A stretch of DNA of 64,000 nucleotides from an uncultured bacterium (GCA_965369865.1 CBDURU010000004.1:7201-71200); one strand, 5' to 3'. Shown: positions 29,303 to 39,361, counted from the stretch's first letter. Translations and numbers: made by a program. The notes: generated from the letters alone by a model not told the origin.

Positions 29303-29578
29303 TCATCCCATCCGGTAATATTTCCTGACCCCCCTTGTGATTTTCCAGGTGCACTTCATGCCTTTCGGGAATGTTACAAGGTCATCTTTGCCCATCGATA
29401 CCGGGCTTCCCCCTTCCGGTGTGACCTCAACTTCTCCCTCGATGAAAAAACAAGTTTCTTTTTCGGAATATTCCCACTCAAATTCACTTACTTCCTTAGA
29501 CCATTGCCCCCAGTTGTAGATGCCCATTTCCTCAAGTCTTTGCTGTTTGGGTTTGTGTTCGACGATGATCTCATCCAT
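29303..29578 (-). CDS. Small cupin-domain protein (DUF861-like)
   Basis: 91 aa with a single cupin barrel pattern (ETCFFIEGEVEVTPEGG...VTFPKGMKCTWK). Confidence 0.5.
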   Translation of the reverse strand: MDEIIVEHKPKQQRLEEMGIYNWGQWSKEVSEFEWEYSEKETCFFIEGEVEVTPEGGSPVSMGKDDLVTFPKGMKCTWKITRGVRKYYRMG

Positions 29579-29638
29579 AGCAGGTCCTCCCTGATTTTAT
29601 TGGTTTTTTAAAATCGCTATTGAATTATTTCCTATGTA

Positions 29639-30892
29639 TTATTTTATTACCCAATGCCCCCCGATGGCAACCGATTTTACATGGTTAACCGCGTGATGGT
29701 ATGGAATTTCCGCAATGTCATTTGTGTCCCAGATCACGAAATCCGCCGATTTCCCGATCTCGATCGATCCGATTTCCTCGTCCATCCCAATCGCTTTCGC
29801 GGCGTTGATTGTCACCATGCTGAACGCTTCTTCCGGCTGCAATCCATAATAGAGGCAGGCAACATTCAAAATCCACTGAAGATTTTCGGTCCTTGAAGAT
29901 CCAGGATTATTATCTGTCGCGAGGGCGAGAAGGCATCCCGCGTCCACCATTTTCCTGCACGGCGCGAAGGGTTTTTTCAAAAAATAGCTCGTGCCCGGAA
30001 GAAGGCATCCGACAGTTTCCGATCCTGCAAGTTTACCAATTCCCTCATCCGTGATCGCTATAAGGTGATCGACTGAAAAGCTTCCGAGGCCGACACACAT
30101 TTCAGTGCCGCCAAGCGAAACAATTTCATCGCAATGGACCTTGGCGTCCATTCCATGCTTTTTACCAGCCTCCAGAATTCGTTTCCCCTGCTCGACTGAG
30201 AAAACGCCGTCCTCGATAAAGACATCGCAGAAATCAGCAAGGTTACCGGCCGCGATCATCGGGATCATTTCGTTACAGACTAGATCGACATACTTATCCG
30301 GGTCATTCTTAAATTCCCTGGGGATCGCATGTGCTCCGAGAAATGTCGATTTAACGCGCATTGGTTGAGTGTTGGAGAGAGTTTTTATCGCGTTGAGGAT
30401 TTTTAATTCTGTCTTGGTGTCGAGACCGTATCCGGATTTTATTTCGATACTGGTAACTCCAAATGATAACGACCTCGATAGCGATTCCCGTCCGATCTCC
30501 ACAAGCTGGCCCGGGGAAGATTCGCGGGTTACATCAGTCGAATTGAGGATTCCCCCGCCGGACTTGAGAATATCCATATAATCCATTCCCTGGCAGCGCA
30601 TTACAAATTCATTCGCACGCGACCCGGCATTGACCGAATGAGTATGGCTGTCGATGAGTCCCGGAGTGACGATCCTTCCTCCGGCGTTATGCCATGTCGC
30701 CTCCTTGAACTTAACAGCATCGCGAATTTCATCGGGGGTTCCAACCAGTGCGATATTACCGCTGCCGGTCCATGCAATCGCGCCAGGGGAGACTGGCGCG
30801 GTATTTTTAAGTTCTTTCCCTCGACGGGGACCACCCTCGAAAGTATGGAGGGTGCCGATATTGGTGAGGACATGGATTTCATTCGAACTCAT
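29639..30892 (-). CDS. hutI: Imidazolonepropionase-like metal-dependent amidohydrolase
   Basis: 417 aa. PGLIDSHTH and GGGI match the imidazolonepropionase branch of the amidohydrolase superfamily. No other hut genes are nearby, so the assignment to histidine catabolism is tentative. Confidence 0.6.
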   Translation of the reverse strand: MSSNEIHVLTNIGTLHTFEGGPRRGKELKNTAPVSPGAIAWTGSGNIALVGTPDEIRDAVKFKEATWHNAGGRIVTPGLIDSHTHSVNAGSRANEFVMRCQGMDYMDILKSGGGILNSTDVTRESSPGQLVEIGRESLSRSLSFGVTSIEIKSGYGLDTKTELKILNAIKTLSNTQPMRVKSTFLGAHAIPREFKNDPDKYVDLVCNEMIPMIAAGNLADFCDVFIEDGVFSVEQGKRILEAGKKHGMDAKVHCDEIVSLGGTEMCVGLGSFSVDHLIAITDEGIGKLAGSETVGCLLPGTSYFLKKPFAPCRKMVDAGCLLALATDNNPGSSRTENLQWILNVACLYYGLQPEEAFSMVTINAAKAIGMDEEIGSIEIGKSADFVIWDTNDIAEIPYHHAVNHVKSVAIGGHWVIK

Positions 30893-31021
30893 ACAATCCT
30901 CCGTGAACGGATAAATATACCAGACATTAACCTGTGAATGTACCCGCCAGCTTACCGCATTTGGCTATTAACTGAATTGTCCAATCCGTTCGTGAATGAT
31001 AGAATACGCTTGGTTCCAACT

Positions 31022-31807
31022 ATGAAACTTTCCGTAATCATACCTGTTTACAATGAAGAATCCACTGTAGGTGAACTCCTGGAAAAAGTATTGGCTGTCG
31101 ATATCCCGAAGGAAGTAATAGTGGTCGATGACGGCAGCCGCGATTCGTCGATTGATATTGTAAGGGACAAGGCGGCACACACCGACCAGGTGATAAAAGT
31201 CCGGTCACACGAGGTTAATGTCGGGAAAGGGGCCGCCATCCGCATGGGAATACTTCATGCGACCGGCGATGTTGTACTTATCCAGGACGCGGACCTCGAA
31301 CTCGACCCGAAGGAATACCACATGCTGATAGCTCCGTTTAAGTCGGGTGTCGCGGATGTGGTCTACGGATCGAGATTCCGTAACAGGGGATATTTCTGGC
31401 ATTACAGGCAGGTTCCGTTTTTTTCAAGATTAGTAAATTTTCTACTCGCATTAACGGTCAATTTGTTCTGGTGGAAGGCGAAAATCACCGATGAAGCTAC
31501 CGCGTACAAGGTTTTCAGGACCGACCTTCTCAAATCATTACCTCTGAAATGCAACGGGTTTGAATTCTGTCCCGAGGTCACCGCGCTGATTCTCAACCGG
31601 GGTATTAATATCAGGGAAGTTCCAATCACCTATCATCCAAGGACGGTCGAGGAAGGGAAGAAGGTCACATGGAAGGACGGCGTAAAAGCTTTCTGGACCC
31701 TGTTCAAGTACAGATTCCTCGAACGGGAAGATGTACGGGCACCTGATAAAATTCAAAAACCCGAAAGCGAGTCGGAAGATAACTCAGATGAAATTCATTT
31801 TGAGTAG
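31022..31807 (+). CDS. Family 2 glycosyltransferase (dolichyl-phosphate/polyprenol-phosphate sugar transferase-like)
   Basis: The GT2 N-terminus is MKLSVIIPVYNEE...VVDDGSRDSS with a DAD motif (IQDADLE). The start is set at the internal Met 31022; the listed ORF begins at 30938. Confidence 0.75.
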   Translation: MKLSVIIPVYNEESTVGELLEKVLAVDIPKEVIVVDDGSRDSSIDIVRDKAAHTDQVIKVRSHEVNVGKGAAIRMGILHATGDVVLIQDADLELDPKEYHMLIAPFKSGVADVVYGSRFRNRGYFWHYRQVPFFSRLVNFLLALTVNLFWWKAKITDEATAYKVFRTDLLKSLPLKCNGFEFCPEVTALILNRGINIREVPITYHPRTVEEGKKVTWKDGVKAFWTLFKYRFLEREDVRAPDKIQKPESESEDNSDEIHFE

Positions 31808-31920
31808 GAGAGGGGGTATGTCAAAGTTAACTTATTAGAATTTATATTTTAAATAGTTTTGTTTTTAGTTATACTTATACCAGATAATCAAAAAATTTCT
31901 TCTGTACAGTAGGAATTGGC

Positions 31921-32583
31921 ATGGATAATTTTAATGGAAATCACGACAGTCCTTCCCCAACCGAAAAACCTACAGTAGAAAAACAAAGCCCACCACCAGA
32001 TTTTATAGAATTTTACAGGAATATTCCGAATGAAAATCTTAAGAAAATATTCTTGGGGGCAATCCTAGTCCTGTATTCAAAGAACGATGATAAAATTGCT
32101 TTGGCTTCACATGGTTTTAGGGAGTTCATGGACCATTTCCCTGGAGAAATGGGAAAAATTCCTTATCAATCAATAACTGACACAATTGAAGAAATTAAGA
32201 AACCAGTAAAATCATGGAAGAAATTAGGAGGAGAAACAACTAAAGAAAAAGTACTAGAATCAATGGTAGATTATTTAAATTTTTTAAATATATGGAAGGC
32301 TTTTTATAAATGGTTTGAAGGTGGATATATTGCTCAAACTGATCGATGGATCCAAGCAAGTATTAATATTGATCCATCATTGGAAGAAGTTCCGGATGAT
32401 TACCACGACAGCCAAATCAAACAAATCGTAAAATTAAAAAAATTTTTTATAGATGCGCTCCATCATAAGAAGGACCCAAGTTTTGATGAAATGATCAAAT
32501 ATATCCGATGGTTAACACGACTCTACAAACTTTTACTACAAGCAAAAAAAAATAATCTAGATAAAGAAGAAGGTGCAATATAA
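31921..32583 (+). CDS. Hypothetical Lys-rich protein, first gene of the AT-rich two-gene island
   Basis: 220 aa with no recognisable motif. Its TAA stop overlaps the ATG of the next gene (TAATG). It is strongly AT-rich relative to flanking genes. Confidence 0.5.
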   Translation: MDNFNGNHDSPSPTEKPTVEKQSPPPDFIEFYRNIPNENLKKIFLGAILVLYSKNDDKIALASHGFREFMDHFPGEMGKIPYQSITDTIEEIKKPVKSWKKLGGETTKEKVLESMVDYLNFLNIWKAFYKWFEGGYIAQTDRWIQASINIDPSLEEVPDDYHDSQIKQIVKLKKFFIDALHHKKDPSFDEMIKYIRWLTRLYKLLLQAKKNNLDKEEGAI

Positions 32584-35366
32584 TGCCTTCAAGCAAGGAT
32601 ATTTTTAAGCAAATATCTCAGCTCAATACAGACGCTGAGAAAGCATTTTTTGTGAATCAAATTTCAACGCCCGAATATTTACCTGTGCTGAGGGATCTAG
32701 GATTTTTTTCCACTCCACCCTTACCTATTAAAGATGATAAAGGCGTTAAATTTGAATTATGGTATGCATCTCGCTATCTCTTAAGAATTGCTGATAAAGC
32801 GCCTGCAGAGGTTATGGCGGTAGCGAAGGAAATTCCAGAAACTGAAAATTTTCGAGTACACGAGGATATTCTCGATATTTTAATCAAGATTCCAATCACA
32901 TTTGCCCTTGAATTTCTAACAATAGACAAAGCAAAATATTTCCTTGAGAATCCATACAATTATCAAGCTCCTGATAAGATATCTGAAATTATCAGGGGGG
33001 CCGCCCTTGCAAATCACCCTGATGAAGCTCTCAATCTTGCTGAGTTAGTATTTGTAATTACCTGGCAATCTAAATTTTCAGAATTTGACGGTGAGGAGGT
33101 TGATATTGGGAATTTATTTCCTAAATTCTTTAGATCTGGAGGAAGTTATGATTTTGAAAAACAAATTCGTGCATGCAGGATTCCCCTTATTGATTGTGCC
33201 GGATTTAAAGCTGTCAGGTTCTTTCTGGATTTACTCAGCAAAGCAATCTCTATTTCAAAAAACAAAGGCAAAACAGAATACTCGTGGGTATGGCTTCCAG
33301 CAATTGAGGAGCACGAGCAGAACGCAAGTTCAGGACTCGAAGCTGTTCTTGCAGCAAATGCAAGAGATACACTTGAGTATGTTTTCGAAATAAACCCAGT
33401 TTGGTTAGATAAAGCCCGTGAATTGCTGAGCAGATATAAGCACATTATTTTTAAGAGATTGGATTTACACATTCTAAGGCTTTTCGCTGAACAGAATAAA
33501 GCGGATGTAGTTAATCGACTTCTGGATAAGGAATTATTTAAAAATCCAGCTTGTTATCACGAGTACACACTTCTATTACATGAGCAGTATTCTAATCTCA
33601 AACCTGTGAACCAAAACAAGTTTCTCAATTTCATTGCTGAAATTGAAGGGGATTATATAGAATCTACTCAGTTTAAATGGTTGGATTTAATTAAGAATCA
33701 CCTGAAAAATAATTGGTTAAAAAAATATAAAACGTTGCAGCAAAAATATGGAGACCCTCCTTTCCCGACTTTTCTAAGTTATACAGAATCCGGACCTTGG
33801 TCAGGTCCAACTAGTCCTCTTGAAGATTTGTCCTCAATGACAGTAAAAGAAATTACTGATTTCCTTCAAACATGGAAACCTAGTGGTGAGAGGACATGGC
33901 CTCCTGAGCCATCTGCAGTAGGGTTGGGAAGGCAGCTAAAGAATGAAATTGTAGAACAACCCGTAAAATTTGCTAAAAATGCTGCAATGTTTATAGGTGT
34001 GAACCCAAAATTCCTTATACATGTCTTTTTTGGATTTCAGAATGCTGTCAAGGGCCAGGAAAAATTTGAGTGGGATAGCATCCTGGAGCTTTGCCTGACG
34101 ATAGCGAAGGGAGATTCTGGTAATTTACTTTCGGATGCAAGCACCTTATCTGAAGCCCGAAAACATGCGGCTGGCCTTTTAAAAGAAGGATTCAACAAAG
34201 GTGTGAATGAGATCCCATATAAATACAAAAAAATATCCTGGGATATCCTTGTACACCTAGCAAAAGATCCTGATCCATCACCATCTGATGAGCAAGGCTC
34301 TGGAATGGGTCCATCTCTGCAAGCCATTAACTCAGCTCGCGGCACAGCGATTGAAGCAGTAATCCTTTATGGTATTTGGCACTGGCGCAATCTCCAGGAA
34401 GTGGATAAATGGCGAGGTGTTGAATCAATACCTGAAGTTAGAGAATTACTTGAATCTCATCTCGATCCCAAAATTGACCCCTCACCCGCAATTCGCTCTG
34501 TATATGGTATATATTTCCCCTGGTTCGAAGGAATGGACAATGCCTGGGCTAAGAAAGTTGTAGATATAATATTTCCATTGGATAAAGATCAGGTACTTTT
34601 CAATGCTGCATGGGAAACATATATTTCATACAACCATGTTTATAATAATGCAGCAATGATTTTAACAACTCGGTATGAAAAGGCAATTAGGAACCTTGAA
34701 GTATTTGATAAAGATAATGTCACAATAGGTGACCCTGAAGCAAGGCTCGCAGAACACATGATAGTCATGTACGAACGAGACTTGATAGGCGAACCAGACG
34801 GAGACAGCCTATTCAAATTGTTTTGGGATTATGCACCTCTCTCTGTAAGAAAGCACGCTATTTCCTCAACAGGGATTTCTCTAAGCAATACAGAAGGTGA
34901 AGTTCCAGAACAAATAAGAGAAAAATTAATCAATCTAATCAAATTCAGGATTGGAGTATTAAAGGATAAACCACTCAATGACCGGTTTGAATTAACAGGT
35001 TTTCAGGAATGGTTTAACAGTGAGAAATTCGATATGAGTTGGGCGATTGCCAGTTTGTTAAAAATTCTAGAACTTACTGAAGGTCAACTTGAGCATGGAT
35101 GGGTAACTGTAAAAAAATTGGTTGAAATCGCAGACCAATATCCTGAGCAAGTAATTAAATGTCTTTCATTAATCCTCCTCAATGATACAAGTGGATGGGT
35201 AGTTATGGGTTCTGGAAGGGAAGTAGTCCCAGCATTATTAGAGATAAAAAATAAATCTTCGGAAATAAAGCAGCTTGTAGAAGAACTTGGTGAAAGTCTG
35301 TTTCAGCAAAAGAGATTTGAGTATGCAGATCTTATGGATAAGAGTAAACTAATAATCCCTGACTAA
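32583..35366 (+). CDS. Large hypothetical alpha-helical protein (927 aa), second gene of the AT-rich island
   Basis: Long uninterrupted ORF, AT-rich, with helical-repeat-like composition. No P-loop, nuclease or other catalytic signature was recognised. Confidence 0.5.
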   Translation: MPSSKDIFKQISQLNTDAEKAFFVNQISTPEYLPVLRDLGFFSTPPLPIKDDKGVKFELWYASRYLLRIADKAPAEVMAVAKEIPETENFRVHEDILDILIKIPITFALEFLTIDKAKYFLENPYNYQAPDKISEIIRGAALANHPDEALNLAELVFVITWQSKFSEFDGEEVDIGNLFPKFFRSGGSYDFEKQIRACRIPLIDCAGFKAVRFFLDLLSKAISISKNKGKTEYSWVWLPAIEEHEQNASSGLEAVLAANARDTLEYVFEINPVWLDKARELLSRYKHIIFKRLDLHILRLFAEQNKADVVNRLLDKELFKNPACYHEYTLLLHEQYSNLKPVNQNKFLNFIAEIEGDYIESTQFKWLDLIKNHLKNNWLKKYKTLQQKYGDPPFPTFLSYTESGPWSGPTSPLEDLSSMTVKEITDFLQTWKPSGERTWPPEPSAVGLGRQLKNEIVEQPVKFAKNAAMFIGVNPKFLIHVFFGFQNAVKGQEKFEWDSILELCLTIAKGDSGNLLSDASTLSEARKHAAGLLKEGFNKGVNEIPYKYKKISWDILVHLAKDPDPSPSDEQGSGMGPSLQAINSARGTAIEAVILYGIWHWRNLQEVDKWRGVESIPEVRELLESHLDPKIDPSPAIRSVYGIYFPWFEGMDNAWAKKVVDIIFPLDKDQVLFNAAWETYISYNHVYNNAAMILTTRYEKAIRNLEVFDKDNVTIGDPEARLAEHMIVMYERDLIGEPDGDSLFKLFWDYAPLSVRKHAISSTGISLSNTEGEVPEQIREKLINLIKFRIGVLKDKPLNDRFELTGFQEWFNSEKFDMSWAIASLLKILELTEGQLEHGWVTVKKLVEIADQYPEQVIKCLSLILLNDTSGWVVMGSGREVVPALLEIKNKSSEIKQLVEELGESLFQQKRFEYADLMDKSKLIIPD

Positions 35367-35400
35367 ACTGACTGAAATAAGGAAGAATTCCTATACCTTT

Positions 35401-36120
35401 CTAACTCAACTCAAACACCAGTGTTATTGACATCGACAAAGTTTCTCGTTCTGTCTCAGGGGGGATTGGATCGAATGGAGCCGCGTTACGGACCGCATTG
35501 ATCGCCGCACTGTCAAGACGATCGAATCCAGACGATGCCGATATCGAAACCGAGGATAATTCCCCGTTGGACGCGACCATAAAATTTATAGTCGCTGTGC
35601 CTGTTTCGCCCAAACGCCGGCTGACCTGAGGGAATTCCTTAGCCGCCTGAATTTTGCTCTTAACCGAAGCGGCATAATCGGCAAGCAATGTATCAATATC
35701 GATTTCAGGTTCCGGTTCAGGAGGTGTTATAGGAATTTCGTCCGAAGAACCATCAATTTCTTCGACGGACACCTGTTCATTTTCCAAATCACCGTTTTGC
35801 ACATCATTTTCTGAAGATTCATCACCGACAGCTTCAGCTTCTATCTCTGTTGCTACCACTTCGGTAACTTCTGTAACTTGATTAACCGGTTCGGGTTCAG
35901 GCTGCGATTGCTCTCGTACCGGCTCTCTTACTGGTTCAGGAGGGATTTCCGGCTCTGGCACTATTGCCGAAGGTTCTGGCTCATTGAGAGTTATCAGAAT
36001 TTCGGTAGTGACCGGTATATTCAGCGTGTCCGGGAGTTTCACCGAAAACAAGAGAATTATGTGCACAAGGATCGAAACAACCAGCAGAACCCATCGCCAA
36101 TTTTTAAACAGTCCAGTCAT
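35401..36120 (-). CDS. tonB: TonB-family energy transducer
   Basis: 239 aa. An N-terminal TM anchor is followed by a Pro/Glu-rich spacer (EPEIPPEPVREPVREQSQPEPEP) and a C-terminal TonB domain. It lies downstream of exbB-exbD. Confidence 0.7.
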   Translation of the reverse strand: MTGLFKNWRWVLLVVSILVHIILLFSVKLPDTLNIPVTTEILITLNEPEPSAIVPEPEIPPEPVREPVREQSQPEPEPVNQVTEVTEVVATEIEAEAVGDESSENDVQNGDLENEQVSVEEIDGSSDEIPITPPEPEPEIDIDTLLADYAASVKSKIQAAKEFPQVSRRLGETGTATINFMVASNGELSSVSISASSGFDRLDSAAINAVRNAAPFDPIPPETERETLSMSITLVFELS

Positions 36121-36128
36121 GTCGCTGT

Positions 36129-36545
36129 TTATTCTTCCTGTGGGTAAATAGTAGCTTCCATCGCTATCCCTGTAATACCAGTCACACGGACAGCGTCCAT
36201 GGCGCGGATGATTTTTTCATATGACGTCGATCGATCCGCTGATATCCTCACAAGATCTATTTCATTTTTTCTTTCAGAGATTCGTGAACTCAGATCGGCC
36301 CATTCGATACGTTCGAGGTCGAGATAAAGGTTCCCCGATTCGGTGATCCTGATAGTCATACTGCGCGCGTCGGTGGAAGTCGCTGTGCTGCTTCCCGGAA
36401 GTGTCAGCTCGAGTGCCGGATTCTGAAAACTCGTCACGAGCATGAAAAAAATCAGGAGGAGAAAAACCACATCGATTAGCGGCGCGATCGGCACTACCGG
36501 TGGACTATAGCCCCTTCTCCTAGAATTTCCCCGACCGGACATCAC
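36129..36545 (-). CDS. exbD: Biopolymer transport protein ExbD/TolR
   Basis: 138 aa. It has a single N-terminal TM (PLIDVVFLLLIFFMLV) and the ExbD periplasmic domain. Confidence 0.85.
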   Translation of the reverse strand: MMSGRGNSRRRGYSPPVVPIAPLIDVVFLLLIFFMLVTSFQNPALELTLPGSSTATSTDARSMTIRITESGNLYLDLERIEWADLSSRISERKNEIDLVRISADRSTSYEKIIRAMDAVRVTGITGIAMEATIYPQEE

Positions 36546-37132
36546 GAACCCGCACCCCCCGGCCGCGATTGCTTCAGGATTCTCGTAAGTGCGCCGTGTA
36601 AATATATTTCCAGGCTTTTAATCCGGCTGTTGAAATAAAGCGCCCCGACAAGTGCCGGGATCGCGACTGTCATCCCGACCGCGGTGGTGATCAGTGCTTC
36701 CCAGATTCCGCCCGCGAGGATGGCTGGATTTACCTGCCCTGCCAGGTCCTGTATACGCTGGAAAGCCTCGATCATGCCGGTGACGGTTCCAAGGAGTCCG
36801 AGGAGCGGCGCGACCTGCGAGATTATTCCGAGCCCGTTTACATAGCGTTCCGATTCGCCCAGGTCTTTTTCGATCGCGATTTCCAGAAGGTCTTTGTCGA
36901 GATTATTTTTTTTAAGGGAATCCGTGAGAGCTTTTGCGAAATGTCCCACGGGTTCGGATTTTACACCGTTCAGGATATTTTCAACCGACGCCTTGATCCG
37001 GGGAATGGTAATCCAGAAATGGATCATGCGATCGAGGAGGAAATAGAGGCCGAGAACCGATAAGAGTAATATCGGCCAGATGAATATTCCTCCCTTGAGG
37101 AGCCAGAGTACCTGTATGTCTGATCCGGACAT
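36542..37132 (-). CDS. exbB: MotA/TolQ/ExbB proton-channel protein
   Basis: 196 aa with three TM segments and the conserved C-terminal TM region (AVGMTVAIPAL). It overlaps exbD by 4 nt. Confidence 0.85.
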   Translation of the reverse strand: MSGSDIQVLWLLKGGIFIWPILLLSVLGLYFLLDRMIHFWITIPRIKASVENILNGVKSEPVGHFAKALTDSLKKNNLDKDLLEIAIEKDLGESERYVNGLGIISQVAPLLGLLGTVTGMIEAFQRIQDLAGQVNPAILAGGIWEALITTAVGMTVAIPALVGALYFNSRIKSLEIYLHGALTRILKQSRPGGAGS

Positions 37133-37199
37133 GTCAGTGGGTCTTAATCTTCAGTTGAATACTTGTGAGTATAATGAAATGGGACGAATGCGCAATCGC

Positions 37200-37330
37200 A
37201 GGCGGGTTTTTTAAAGCGGACAAATGAAACATGCAGAATGCATGTTTGACTGGGGAGTCATGCGCAGGATGCGCATGTTACATTTTTTAAAGCGGACAAG
37301 TGAACACATGCAGAATGCGCATGTTACATA
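37200..37330. promoter_or_regulatory. Repeated palindromic elements upstream of exbB: candidate operator and promoter region
   Basis: Perfect 21 bp palindrome AAACATGCA-GAA-TGCATGTTT at 37228-37248. About 40 bp direct repeat TTTTTTAAAGCGGACAA(A/G)TGAA(A/C)ACATGCAGAATGC(GC)ATGTT, two copies. Hairpin CATGCGCA-GGA-TGCGCATG at 37259-37277. On the minus strand, TTGCGC-N16-TATACT is a promoter-like element just upstream of exbB. Confidence 0.45.
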
Positions 37331-38632
37331 TTAAAACCTGGGTTTTTTTGTAATTAAAATTACTATTGCGGCGATAATACTTGCCGCACCCGCGATCATG
37401 AACGGGGTCATCCAGGCACCGTAACCCGCGCCGCCCGATGCCAGGTCTCTGAAATATCCGGCGATCTGCGGACCTACAAGTCCACCCACACCGTACGCGG
37501 TAAACATCCAGCCATAGTTGACACCTACACTCTTATTTCCAAAATAATCCGCGGTCGCTGCAGGATAAAGTGCGAAATTACCCCCAAAGTTGAATCCTAT
37601 AATAGCAGCCATAACGAAAAGTCCGATTGCGGTGTTGCCAACATAGAAAAACGCAAGCATCGCGATCCCCTGTATCAGGCACATCAGGAAAATTGCCATT
37701 TTCCGTCCGATTTTATCCGAGATCATTCCCCAGGCGATTCGTCCAATTCCGTTGGCAAGCGAGTAAAAAACTGCCATAGCTGTACCTGCTGTCGCGGCAG
37801 CCTGTTCGGCAGTCATCCCTGTGGTCTGCAGCGAGTCGATCCCAAATAACTTGATAACACCGATCACCATCAGGCCTGCCATGGCTCCGGCGATAAAGCA
37901 GAACCAGATCATGTAGAACTGGGGGGTTTTAAGCATCTGGAACTGGTTAAATTCCACCGAACCGGTCGCCGACCCACCCGGTTCACCCGATGGTTCCGCT
38001 GGTTCCCAACCCTCAGGCTTGTATCCATCGGGTGGGTTCACCATCCAGATTGACCCAATGAGAACGGCAACCATGTAAATAATCCCAAAAATTAACCATG
38101 TTTGCGAAAGACCCAGGTTATCAATCAAATGACCCCATGATCCAGCCAGCTTGACCCATATAAGCGCACCGAAACCAAATCCTGCGACCGCGAGTCCCGT
38201 TATCATGCCTTTCTTATCCGGGAACCATTTCACGCCTACTGCGATAGGGCATACATAGGCAAGGCCGATTCCCGCACCGCCAACCAGACCCAGAAGCACT
38301 ACCTGCATGGCAAGTGATTTCCCAATGAGGCCGGCAAGGATGTATCCAATTCCAAGTACAATTCCCCCGGTTATTGAAACAATTTTCGGGCCTGCTTTTT
38401 TCTGCCAGTTCCCGGCTAAAACCATCACCACCGCGAAAGTCGCAAGGCCTATCGAAAAAGGCAGTTGGGATTGGGCTTTGGTAAAACCGTAGAGTCCTCC
38501 CTCTGCAAGAGGTTTTGTCAGCTCTGCAGTGTATGCCGACCATGCATAGATCGCTCCAAGGCACAATTGTATCAGGATCGCTCCGAGTACAACCAACCAT
38601 CTGTTCATTCCGGGTCCGGATTTCATCATCAA
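37331..38632 (-). CDS. MFS transporter, oxalate/formate antiporter (OxlT-like) family
   Basis: 433 aa with 12 predicted TM segments and the OFA-family N-terminus (RWLVVLGAILIQLCLGAIYAWS). Confidence 0.7.
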   Translation of the reverse strand: MMMKSGPGMNRWLVVLGAILIQLCLGAIYAWSAYTAELTKPLAEGGLYGFTKAQSQLPFSIGLATFAVVMVLAGNWQKKAGPKIVSITGGIVLGIGYILAGLIGKSLAMQVVLLGLVGGAGIGLAYVCPIAVGVKWFPDKKGMITGLAVAGFGFGALIWVKLAGSWGHLIDNLGLSQTWLIFGIIYMVAVLIGSIWMVNPPDGYKPEGWEPAEPSGEPGGSATGSVEFNQFQMLKTPQFYMIWFCFIAGAMAGLMVIGVIKLFGIDSLQTTGMTAEQAAATAGTAMAVFYSLANGIGRIAWGMISDKIGRKMAIFLMCLIQGIAMLAFFYVGNTAIGLFVMAAIIGFNFGGNFALYPAATADYFGNKSVGVNYGWMFTAYGVGGLVGPQIAGYFRDLASGGAGYGAWMTPFMIAGAASIIAAIVILITKKPRF

Positions 38633-38807
38633 ATCGTCCTCACTGGTAATAATTTGTCCATTCCCCCATTATTTTCAATGCTTGTGAAAATTCTAACAAG
38701 CCAAGTATAGCAAAATCCCCGCTTTTTTCAAAGCCCATTCGGCTGGATATGAAATATGGCATTTTTTCTATATATTTTCAGCCTGGTTGATGGGTCCTGC
38801 CAACCCA

Positions 38808-39104
38808 TCAGGTATCATCTAAAATTTCCGCGACAGATTTTACCTTGCCTTTAAGCATGCCTTCCGCCCCTGCCTTGTCATCAATCCAGATTTTAATGCT
38901 CACCCTCCCGGAATCCTTCCGCATCTCCAGACGGCACCGGTTAATTACATCCATAACCTCATCCCAGTCGCCTTCAATTAATGTGGACATCGCTGTTAAC
39001 TCAAAGGGCAGTCCCGATTTCTTAATAATTTTCAGGGATTTCGCCACAATATGAGAAAAGTGGGGTCCTTTGTCGAGTGGGATCATTGCGAAAGAAACGA
39101 GCAT
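38808..39104 (-). CDS. MTH1187/YkoF-family (DUF77) small protein, a putative thiamine/HMP-binding fold
   Basis: About 98 aa from the internal Met; the listed ORF extends to 39170. It shows the MxVSFxxIPLDKG...H....V...L pattern of the UPF0045/MTH1187 family. Confidence 0.55.
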   Translation of the reverse strand: MLVSFAMIPLDKGPHFSHIVAKSLKIIKKSGLPFELTAMSTLIEGDWDEVMDVINRCRLEMRKDSGRVSIKIWIDDKAGAEGMLKGKVKSVAEILDDT

Positions 39105-39361
39105 TTGTACGGTCCTCCGAAATCCAGAATTCAAAATAAATCGCAATTGAGTATACCTTATCCGTGGCATCTGATGTTAAAAGGGCTCGTTAAGGCAGAA
39201 GGAAGGACGTAGATTCCGGGACACCTCAAATCGCACACATTTGATGGTGTCCCGGTTTCGATCTCCAATCCGTTTAAAGCCCTAGACTGACTGGATATGT
39301 CCATCAGTCGGGAGAACCTGAATCTGAATTTGAAAAGTCCATCCTGTATATACTTAATGCA

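Noticed and set aside
29639-30892. A complete histidine-utilisation (hut) operon around the HutI-like gene
   Set aside because: Only the imidazolonepropionase-like amidohydrolase is present. No hutH, hutU or hutG/hutF homologs are found in the window, so the pathway context is not supported and the call is kept generic.
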